Assembly: GCA_022703375.1 (NCBI GenBank)
Contig: JAKLDS010000003.1
Location: 7,171-71,170 of the forward strand
DNA: 64,000 nucleotides
From: Deltaproteobacteria bacterium
GTDB lineage: Bacteria > Desulfobacterota > Syntrophia > Syntrophales > Smithellaceae
Direction: 5' to 3'
Shown piece by piece: positions 57,363 to 64,000 of the stretch. The notes under the pieces are model-generated. The model saw nothing but the letters and a program-made list of their open reading frames with translations, did no database searches and was not told the origin of the DNA. Numbering within the stretch: the stretch's first letter is position 1; every line of letters begins with the position of its first letter. The position numbers were made by a program, and so were the translations under genes.

Positions 57363-58064
57363 ATGCTCAGTGTTAAGCAATTTCGCTATGGCGCCGACAA
57401 TTTTTCCTATATCCTTTATGGCAGAAAGCAGGCGGCGGCAATTGACGGCGGAGCGGGGAAGGAAATTATTGATTTTCTCAACCGGCAAGGCCTGACGCTT
57501 TCCCTCGTGACCAACACGCATAGGCATTCTGATCATACACAGGGCAATGCCTATTTGCTTACGGCAACGCAGGCACAGTTTCTGGATTATCCGAATCTCG
57601 CTGACAATAAGGAAATCTCTCTGGACGGAGAAAAGATTTTAATTTACCGCACTCCCGGGCATACGGACGATTCCGTTTGTTTTCATGCAGGTCCTGCGCT
57701 GATTTCCGGCGATACATTATTCAACGGCACAATCGGTAATTGCTTTTCCGGCAGCCTGAAAAATTTTTATTTATCCATCAGGCGGCTGATGGCCTTGCCT
57801 GACGAAACAATTATTTATGCCGGACATGATTATGTGGCGGCATCTCTGGCTTTTGCCCGCTTTCTGGAACCGGCCAACAGGAATATTGACCGCTTCGGCA
57901 ATTCGTATGATCCGGCTCATGTCTTCTCGACAATGGCTGATGAACGCCTGATTAATCCTTATCTGAGATTCAACGAGGAGCCTATTTTAAATGTTCTGAA
58001 AAAAAGAGGATTGCCCTGCGCCAGCGAATGGGAACGCTGGGAATCACTGATGTCCATTGAATAG
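57363..58064 (+). CDS. MBL-fold hydrolase, hydroxyacylglutathione hydrolase (GloB)-like
   Basis: THRHSDHTQGN (HxHxDH) and downstream TPGHT and GHDY motifs. Starts 5 nt after the phaC stop. Confidence 0.8.
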   Translation: MLSVKQFRYGADNFSYILYGRKQAAAIDGGAGKEIIDFLNRQGLTLSLVTNTHRHSDHTQGNAYLLTATQAQFLDYPNLADNKEISLDGEKILIYRTPGHTDDSVCFHAGPALISGDTLFNGTIGNCFSGSLKNFYLSIRRLMALPDETIIYAGHDYVAASLAFARFLEPANRNIDRFGNSYDPAHVFSTMADERLINPYLRFNEEPILNVLKKRGLPCASEWERWESLMSIE

Positions 58065-58135
58065 CAGCAATCATAATCAGAAAGAAAGTTGAACCGGCCT
58101 TATTTGCGGAGAGCTTTGCCAGAGCCTCTTTTCCC

Positions 58136-58205
58136 GTCATTCCGGTGAAAACCGGAATCCAGGAAATGCTTGATAATGCTGGATACCGGCCTGCGCCGGT
58201 ATGAC
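58136..58205. repeat. REP-type compound palindrome of the family that produces spurious 'AGMT' / 'RNDG' ORFs
   Basis: GTCAT-[ATTCCGGT GAAA ACCGGAAT]-CCAG...CTGG-[ATACCGG cctgcg CCGGTAT]-GAC. The shadow ORFs translate to IPVFTGMTGKE and LDSGFHRNDGK. Confidence 0.7.
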
Positions 58206-58374
58206 AAAATTGGTGGTTTATGCGGTTGTGCAAAGCACTCTTGCCGATGGCGCGGTAACGTGCGGTTTAACCGGCAGCGAAAAATACTTGCCAGGCCGGT
58301 AAGAAAATTATAAACCACTGCCCGGGAAAGCAGGCTGAATAAAAAATACGGACTTTACAGACAAGGGAATACCA

Positions 58375-58914
58375 ATGAAAAAAAGCGTTAAGGAAAAGCT
58401 GAGCAGAGTCAAAATGCTGATAATGGATGTGGACGGCGTGCTGACCGACGGCCGCATTATCATGGATGACGCAGGCCGCGAAACGAAAAATTTTGATGTT
58501 CGCGACGGCCACGGCATCAAAGTAGTGCAGCGTTACGGGATAAAAGTGGTGCTGCTTACCGGCCGCCGGTCGGAAGTTGTCAAACGGCGGGCGCGGGATC
58601 TTGATATTAAGCAGGTATATCAAAAAGTATTCAACAAAAAAGAAATACTGGCGGAAATATTAAGAAAAAACAAATTACAGGCAGCGGAAGTCGCTTTTAT
58701 CGGCGACGACATTATTGATATTCCGGTGCTCCGGGCGGTAGGTTTTGCGGCGGCGGTCGGGGATGCGCTGGATGTTGTGAAAAAGGCGGTTGATTATGTG
58801 ACAAAGCACGGCGGCGGACGCGGCGCGGTGCGGGAGGTCTGTGAAATGATTTTGCAGGCGCAGGGCAAGTGGCCGGAAATCGCCGTCCGGTATGAATTTG
58901 ATGATTTGGGTTGA
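58375..58914 (+). CDS. kdsC: Kdo-8-phosphate phosphatase (HAD superfamily)
   Basis: LIMDVDGVLTDGRI, DGHGIK and IGDDIIDIPVL motifs. 179 aa. Confidence 0.9.
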   Translation: MKKSVKEKLSRVKMLIMDVDGVLTDGRIIMDDAGRETKNFDVRDGHGIKVVQRYGIKVVLLTGRRSEVVKRRARDLDIKQVYQKVFNKKEILAEILRKNKLQAAEVAFIGDDIIDIPVLRAVGFAAAVGDALDVVKKAVDYVTKHGGGRGAVREVCEMILQAQGKWPEIAVRYEFDDLG

Positions 58915-59032
58915 CATCTGATGCGCAGACTGTTGAACCGATGTTTTTAAATTTGTAAAAATTGAAGAGAAAATAAACGTGAATAAAATATTGCACCCAG
59001 TATTCCGGCAATTAAACGTATTAATTGTTTTT

Positions 59033-59212
59033 ACGACGAAGGGCATAACAGAGCCGGAAACATTTTGGAATAAATTTAAGGCTTGCTTCAGGCGATTCCA
59101 AAACTCGTCCGCCCCGGGGCGGACTCAAACAAATGGAATCGCTGATCTTCCGCTTCGCCTTTATTTATTTGCCAAAATATTACCTGATTGGCTCTGTTAT
59201 GCCATCCGTCGT
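59033..59212. repeat. Long imperfect palindrome of about 180 bp (MITE-like element or structured RNA)
   Basis: Terminal 23-nt inverted repeats with a perfect 14-bp core, GGCATAACAGAGCC (59042..59055) / GGCTCTGTTATGCC (59190..59203). Nested pairs GCGATTCCA/TGGAATCGC, and a central GTCCGCCCC/GGGGCGGAC. Confidence 0.7.
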
Positions 59213-59248
59213 TTATCAATTTTTGATAAGCTTATTCGTTTTAATTAT

Positions 59249-59800
59249 TTGATTGCCCGAAAAATAATTATAACGCTGACTGTTTTTCTGGCCTTAACAG
59301 TTTTGTCATCCTGCCGGGATTCAGCTACTGCTGATTTTCCCCGGGTATTTCCGATAGACAGTTATACCAGGACCCAATGTCCGGATAAAAAAACCGGTTA
59401 TTTGGTGGAATTCGTCATGGACAAAGATTCGGCGGCGCCGGTGCGTTATCATTCGGGCATCTGGTGCCCGGATAACGGCGATAAAAGCAGCTGGAATTTT
59501 ATCGGTTACGATGAAAAAAAGCTGAAGGTTGATGAAGGAAAATATTTCCAGGGCAAGATGCACGGTTTGTGGACAAGCTGGCATAAAAACGGAGTGAAGG
59601 CTGCGGAAAACTATTACGACAGAGGTAATCCGAAAGGCAAATTCATCAACTGGCATGATAACGGCGCCGTGGCTTTGACAGGCGAGTACTACGCGGGAGG
59701 GAAGCCCGAGGGGAAGTGGGTTTATACCGACAACAAAGGGCGGATAGAAAAGGTAGTCAACTGGAATAAGGGTGAATTGATGAGCCTGCAAAAGCAATGA
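59249..59800 (+). CDS. MORN-variant repeat (YwqK-like) lipoprotein
   Basis: Lipobox LSSC after IARKIIITLTVFLALTV. Repeats GKMHGLWTSWHKNG, GNPKGKFINWHDNG and GKPEGKWVYTDNKG. The TTG start at 59249 is inferred. The ORF-track start at 58979 runs through the palindromic element. Confidence 0.7.
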   Translation: MIARKIIITLTVFLALTVLSSCRDSATADFPRVFPIDSYTRTQCPDKKTGYLVEFVMDKDSAAPVRYHSGIWCPDNGDKSSWNFIGYDEKKLKVDEGKYFQGKMHGLWTSWHKNGVKAAENYYDRGNPKGKFINWHDNGAVALTGEYYAGGKPEGKWVYTDNKGRIEKVVNWNKGELMSLQKQ

Positions 59801-59849
59801 TGTTGATGAAAACAATTATTGTAGGCGGGGCAGGGAAACCGGCGTAATT

Positions 59850-60170
59850 ATGAATTCATGGATTTATCTTTTTGTGGCGGGTGTGTTGGAAATAGGCTGG
59901 CCGCTGGGTTTTAAGCTTTCCCAGACCACGCCGCACCGCATTGGGTTCATTGTTCTCGCAGTTGTCTGCATGGCCTTGAGCGGCTTGTTCCTGTGGCTGG
60001 CGCAGCGCGCCATTCCCATCGGCACCGCCTATGCCGTCTGGACGGGTATCGGCGCGGCAGGAACTTATCTTATCGGTCTGGCGCTGTTTAATGATCCCTT
60101 CAGCATGCTGCGTATTCTGTCATTTTTATTGATTGTGACGGGAGTAATCGGATTGAAATTATCCGGTTGA
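59850..60170 (+). CDS. sugE: SMR-family small multidrug/guanidinium exporter (SugE/Gdx type)
   Basis: 106 aa, four TM helices, conserved membrane Glu in VLEIGWPLGFK. Confidence 0.85.
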   Translation: MNSWIYLFVAGVLEIGWPLGFKLSQTTPHRIGFIVLAVVCMALSGLFLWLAQRAIPIGTAYAVWTGIGAAGTYLIGLALFNDPFSMLRILSFLLIVTGVIGLKLSG

Positions 60171-60210
60171 AAAATTATCCTTTCCTGAATATAACAGCGC
60201 CGAAGAAAAA

Positions 60211-60996
60211 TTATTTCTGCTGCTCTAAAAATTCCATTACGACATCGTTAAACTTCTGCGGATATTCAATTGTCAGGCCGTGCCTCGCGCCTTTGACAAC
60301 CGCCAGTCTTGCCTGCGGCATCAATTTTACATAAGCTTCCTTGGCCGCAACGGGAGTATTGTCAAATTCGGATGATATGACCAGCGCCGGGCATTTGATG
60401 TTTCCCAGCCTTTCGGCGACGCTCCAGTTCATAACGGAAAGAAAAGCGCTGTAATAAGCGGCCGGATCATTGGCCATAAAACGCGACACGAATATTTTTC
60501 TTTGTTCCTTCATCTGCGCTTCGGGCAGAATTGTCTGGGCAATTATTTCTGCCTTTTTGGCAAAGGGCATTATTTTAAAAATTATCCGGCGTTTCATCAA
60601 TTCCAGGCGTATCCGGAAATTTTTAGCAATCGTACTGGCCAGACAATTAGTAATAATCGCGCTTTGGATAAGTTGCGGCTCATCCACCGCCAGCTGCAGA
60701 ACAATCATTCCGCCCAGGGAAATCCCGCCGATATGAGCATTCCTGATGTCCAGCGCCTGGAGCAGCGCCGCAGTATCTGCGGAAAAAAGTTTTATCGTAT
60801 AGGGACCGGCTGGTTTATCGGTTCGGCCATGGCCGCGCAGATCATAGGTAATTACCTGATAATTGCGGGGAAAAAACTCCACCTGATATTCCCAGTCCAG
60901 AGTGCAGGAACCGAGACCGTGGACAAATACCAGCGGCTCGCCGCTTCCCGTAATTTCATAATAGGTGTTGATGCCGTTGATTTTGATGTGGGGCAT
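60211..60996 (-). CDS. Alpha/beta hydrolase fold protein
   Basis: MPHIKINGINTYYEITGSGEPLVFVHGLGS, and the nucleophile elbow GISLGG. ATG at 60996 is preferred. The 85-aa N-terminal extension in the ORF track has no hydrolase homology. Confidence 0.8.
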   Translation of the reverse strand: MPHIKINGINTYYEITGSGEPLVFVHGLGSCTLDWEYQVEFFPRNYQVITYDLRGHGRTDKPAGPYTIKLFSADTAALLQALDIRNAHIGGISLGGMIVLQLAVDEPQLIQSAIITNCLASTIAKNFRIRLELMKRRIIFKIMPFAKKAEIIAQTILPEAQMKEQRKIFVSRFMANDPAAYYSAFLSVMNWSVAERLGNIKCPALVISSEFDNTPVAAKEAYVKLMPQARLAVVKGARHGLTIEYPQKFNDVVMEFLEQQK

Positions 60997-61177
60997 AAAG
61001 AGGACCTTCTGATTTTCTTCAGTACTATCGGCTGAAATGACTGTCAAGAAAATTATGTTTCTCCCGGGGAAAAAGCGGATTTTCATCCTCCGTAAATAAG
61101 TGCGGCAAGAAAAAATTTTCGCATATTTAAAAAAAATATGTATAATCAGGCGCAACGGGCAGGGAGAGGTTGAAGCT

Positions 61178-61951
61178 ATGAGACATCTTTGCGGTTTAAT
61201 ACTGATACTATTGACAGTTACTTTGTCGGGTGGCTGCTTGCAGCAGCTCAATCGGGATTCTCTTTATCAGAGCTCGACGCTCGGTGCGCTTTCCGAAGGC
61301 ATCTACGATGGAGAGACGACAATAGGGGAGCTGAAAAAATATGGCGATACGGGAATCGGAACATTCAATGCTCTCGATGGCGAAATGATTGCATGTGAAG
61401 GCAGATTTTATCAGGTGAAATATGATGGCAGCGTTGTCGAAGTTGATGACGGCGCCAAGACGCCCTTTGCCCTGATCAAGCGTTTTCAGCCCGACCGGAC
61501 ATTATCCGGCGGCTCATTGAATTACAGCGGTTTAATCAGCTACCTCGACGCCAATCTGCTCACGGGTAATATATTTTACGCTGTTAAAATAACGGGGAAT
61601 TTCAGTTATGTCAAAACAAGGAGCGTCCAGAGGCAAAAACCTCCTTATCCGCGTCTGATTGACGCGGTCAAAAACCAGTCAATATTTGAATTTAAAAACG
61701 TTAGGGGTACGATTGTCGGGTTTCGTTTTCCCGATTATGCAGCGGGAATTAATATGCCGGGCTATCATCTTCACTTTATCTCCAGCGATAGAAAAAGCGG
61801 CGGACATCTGCTGGATTGCGCAATGAAAAATGCGTCAATTGAGCTGGATTATTCTCACGATATTTATCTGATTGTTCCGGAAAGCGGATTGTTTTATAAA
61901 ATGAAGCCGCAGAAGGACGGCAAAAAAGAGCTGGAGCAGATAGAAAAGTAG
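61178..61951 (+). CDS. alsD: Alpha-acetolactate decarboxylase with a lipoprotein signal peptide
   Basis: LYQSSTLGALSEGIYDGETTIGEL..GIGTFNALDGEMI and GYHLHFIS motifs. ATG at 61178 follows AGGGAGAGG. Lipobox LSGC. Confidence 0.85.
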   Translation: MRHLCGLILILLTVTLSGGCLQQLNRDSLYQSSTLGALSEGIYDGETTIGELKKYGDTGIGTFNALDGEMIACEGRFYQVKYDGSVVEVDDGAKTPFALIKRFQPDRTLSGGSLNYSGLISYLDANLLTGNIFYAVKITGNFSYVKTRSVQRQKPPYPRLIDAVKNQSIFEFKNVRGTIVGFRFPDYAAGINMPGYHLHFISSDRKSGGHLLDCAMKNASIELDYSHDIYLIVPESGLFYKMKPQKDGKKELEQIEK

Positions 61952-61979
61952 GCAACTGAGAGAACGGGGAGATGCGGTT

Positions 61980-62939
61980 TTGCAGAAAATAGGTTTGGCG
62001 CTGGGCAGCGGTTCCGCCAGAGGTTTTGCCCACATCGGCGTTATTAATAGCATCCGGGATGCGGGTATCCGCATCGATGTGGTTTGCGGTTCATCCATCG
62101 GTGCTCTGGTCGGGGGAGCGCTGGCCGGTAATTTCCTCACCGGACTTGAAGAAATGGCGCGTCAGCTGACCTGGCCGGACATCATCAAGTTCATGGATTT
62201 TCTTTTTCCGCGTTCTGGTTTCATTGAAGGAGACCGCATAACCAATTACTTCCGGGAACAATTTACTGATGCGAAAATTGAAAATTTGCCGCTTCCTTTT
62301 GCGGCGGTGGCCACAGATATTATGAATGGCAAGGAAATATGGCTGCAAAAGGGATCGCTCATGGACGCCATTCGCGCCAGCTTTTCGATGCCGGGGATAT
62401 TCACTCCCTGCAAAAACGGCGAGCAATGGCTGGTAGACGGCGGTCTCGTCAATCCCGTGCCGGTGTCGCTGTGCCGGGCGATGGGAGCTGATATTGTTGT
62501 TGCTGTCAACTTGAACTCGGATATCATCGGATTGCCGCGGTACATCAACCGTAAGAACAGGGAAAACGGCAACGGCAAAACAGCGAAAAATTCCGGCAAA
62601 ATATCGCAATTCATCAACAGCCGGTTAATTCCCGCTTTAAAACGGACGGAAGAAAAAATGACGGAGGAGGAAATATCCATTTTCGATGTTATTGCCGCTT
62701 CCGTTAATATCATGCAGGATAGAATGACCAAACAGCGGCTGGCCGGAGATCCGCCGGATTTGCTCATTACTCCCCGCCTTGCCGATATCGGCCTTCTGGA
62801 ATTTAATCGCGCAGCGGAAGCGATTGAAGAGGGACGGGTCGCCATGTCCTATATGGTGCCGCTGTTGAAAGAAATGGCGGAGGAGAAAAGAGAGAAAAAA
62901 TATTTGCGGAAAAACATACAAGAAGGAGAAAAAATATGA
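61980..62939 (+). CDS. Patatin-like phospholipase (RssA-like)
   Basis: Oxyanion GSGSARG, nucleophile GSSIG and catalytic DGG motifs. TTG start after GGGGAG. Confidence 0.85.
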   Translation: MQKIGLALGSGSARGFAHIGVINSIRDAGIRIDVVCGSSIGALVGGALAGNFLTGLEEMARQLTWPDIIKFMDFLFPRSGFIEGDRITNYFREQFTDAKIENLPLPFAAVATDIMNGKEIWLQKGSLMDAIRASFSMPGIFTPCKNGEQWLVDGGLVNPVPVSLCRAMGADIVVAVNLNSDIIGLPRYINRKNRENGNGKTAKNSGKISQFINSRLIPALKRTEEKMTEEEISIFDVIAASVNIMQDRMTKQRLAGDPPDLLITPRLADIGLLEFNRAAEAIEEGRVAMSYMVPLLKEMAEEKREKKYLRKNIQEGEKI

Positions 62940-63634
62940 AAATAACTGCAATGAGCGAAAGAAAGAATATTTTAATCGGCGCGGTGGCGCTGTTCCTATT
63001 GCTGCTTGGCAGCGGCTGCGCCAATGTAAAACTTTACAGCGTTGATATGCGTTATGGCGCTGAAAAAGTGACGGTTCCTGACTATTTACGCATTGCTGAT
63101 AAGGTTTTGGGGGAACAGATTGTTATTGCTGAATTTCTGGACAGCCGGAAGGTGGATGACACCAAAGTCATCGGACGGGTTATAGAAAAAGACGGCTCGA
63201 ATGTTCTTATCCTGCCTAAGTTCACCATGCCTGCCAAAGCCGTTGCACAGGGGATAAGAAATTATTTGAGCAAGGCGGGATACAAAATTCCCAATCGTTT
63301 GTCCGTCTGGGATTTAAAGGAAGAAACCATGCCGCAGGAAACAGCCAAACTTCTTATCGGCGGCAGCATCGAAGAGATGGAATTGACTTGCCGCAAAGGA
63401 TTTCCTTCCGACACCTACAAGGCCAGAGTCAAGCTGTCCGTTATATTTGCCGATCTCGCTTCCCGTAAAATTCTCTATAAAAGCACGGTGGAAAGCAGCG
63501 CCGCCCTGGAGCATGTTTCCTTTTCCGAAAAGCGCATGGAAGAGCAGATTAATAATGTTCTGGCGGAAGCCGTGGAGAAGCTTTTTGAAGACAAGGAAGT
63601 AGCGCAAAATATTAAAGACGTGACGGCAAAGTAA
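62936..63634 (+). CDS. Hypothetical lipoprotein
   Basis: Lipobox LGSGC after a hydrophobic h-region. The start overlaps the patatin stop by 4 nt. I recognise no family. Confidence 0.65.
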   Translation: MKITAMSERKNILIGAVALFLLLLGSGCANVKLYSVDMRYGAEKVTVPDYLRIADKVLGEQIVIAEFLDSRKVDDTKVIGRVIEKDGSNVLILPKFTMPAKAVAQGIRNYLSKAGYKIPNRLSVWDLKEETMPQETAKLLIGGSIEEMELTCRKGFPSDTYKARVKLSVIFADLASRKILYKSTVESSAALEHVSFSEKRMEEQINNVLAEAVEKLFEDKEVAQNIKDVTAK

Positions 63635-63703
63635 TTGCCGGTATTCATTAAAAACGCGCTTCCGTTAATTGCGCGGTCTTTGGACAATGGCTCCGGCGTT
63701 TAT

Positions 63704-64000
63704 CTATTCATTCGGCTTCATAATTACCTTGATGGATTGGGAGCCGTCCGCCACTAGTTGAAATCCTCTGGCGATATCGTTTAGCGGAAGCCGGTGGGTA
63801 ATCAGATCAGCGACGACGATAGTTCCTGATTCGATGAGCTTCATTGCTTCTGCAATATCCGGCGGGCCACAGTAATAGGAAGTGCGGACGGTAATTTCCT
63901 TCATCCAGAAATCGTTGACGGGTACAACAACTTCTTTGTCCGGTGCGGGGACGGCAAACAGAACAATGACGCCGCCTTTATCCACGCTTGGCCATGCTTG
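63704..64000 (-). CDS. Zinc-type (MDR) alcohol/polyol dehydrogenase, C-terminal part. The gene continues beyond the right edge.
   Basis: The reading frame is open to the window end. The C-terminal pattern ITHRLPLNDIARGFQLVADGSQSIKVIMKP is typical of the MDR family. Confidence 0.7.
   Translation of the reverse strand, partial: QAWPSVDKGGVIVLFAVPAPDKEVVVPVNDFWMKEITVRTSYYCGPPDIAEAMKLIESGTIVVADLITHRLPLNDIARGFQLVADGSQSIKVIMKPNE

Noticed and set aside
57982-58318. ORFs 57982..58233 (-) and 58100..58318 (-) in the gloB-kdsC spacer
   Set aside because: They are translations of the REP palindrome ('TGMTGKE', 'FHRNDGK' peptides). This is a known source of spurious hypothetical proteins.
58979-59248. 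N-terminal extensions offered by the ORF track: 58979..59248 (MORN protein), 60997..61251 (hydrolase), 61100..61177 (AlsD), 12609..12728 (repeat protein), 45473..45526 (stomatin), 36137..36166 (HK) and 10004..10015 (HtpX)
   Set aside because: Downstream in-frame starts have much better RBS spacing and give family-typical N-termini or signal peptides. The extensions run through palindromic elements, promoters or RBS sequences.
59801-59849. Guanidine riboswitch upstream of sugE/gdx
   Set aside because: The spacer is only 49 nt long. There are no ACGR-loop twin hairpins (guanidine-II), and no ykkC or ykkC-III consensus is recognisable by eye.
1-64000. CRISPR arrays, tRNA/rRNA/tmRNA/RNase P genes, IS transposases, prophage or known defence-system genes
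   Set aside because: I saw no spaced direct-repeat arrays, no tRNA-like T-arm or acceptor patterns in any spacer, and no transposase or phage-type ORFs. XerD is the only recombinase and it looks like the housekeeping chromosome dimer resolvase. A tRNAscan/Infernal/PADLOC run would be the decisive check.

Overview
This is a 64 kb chromosomal segment, about 50% GC, carrying roughly 57 protein-coding genes. The gene content points to a Gram-negative anaerobe, probably in the Desulfobacterota/Syntrophia group. That placement is an inference from four things: Kdo genes (kdsA/kdsC), sigma-54 enhancer-binding regulators, a flavodiiron protein with a hemerythrin-like neighbour, and a REP element that produces the spurious 'AGMT'/'RNDG' peptide ORFs. 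I saw no rRNA, tRNA, CRISPR array, transposase or prophage genes.

Housekeeping genes:
- priA (cut by the left edge), the ileS-lspA pair, htpX, cca, xerD, rpiB, kdsA and kdsC
- trkH-trkA potassium uptake genes
- a TetR-regulated MacAB-type efflux operon
- an NfeD/stomatin/prohibitin block
- phaC, sugE, an acetolactate decarboxylase and a patatin-like lipase

Parts worth a second look:
1. An orphan 117-aa protein (42979..43332) that by eye resembles only the hairpin tip of an MCP signalling domain. It has its own sigma-54-like promoter and a strong terminator.
2. A minus-strand signalling block (29300..36136): sensor kinase, NtrC-type activator and a Ser/Thr kinase fused to a complete CRP-like module. 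A good sigma-54 promoter follows and drives a receiver-only protein plus an overlapping 68-aa ORF.
3. A 1349-aa exported protein built from about 20 degenerate 31-35 aa helical repeats, 6 nt upstream of a U32-family gene.
4. A translationally coupled module of methyltransferase, zinc-ribbon NUDIX fusion, TerB-like protein and hemerythrin-like protein. The flavodiiron gene follows in the same frame after a 51-nt gap. That gene has no canonical start for its conserved N-terminus and carries a perfect 21-bp in-frame tandem duplication.
5. An AGPS-like / GlpD-like / FGGY-kinase triad.
6. Several structured intergenic palindromic elements.

All functional calls come from motif and family recognition by eye. 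No database search was run.
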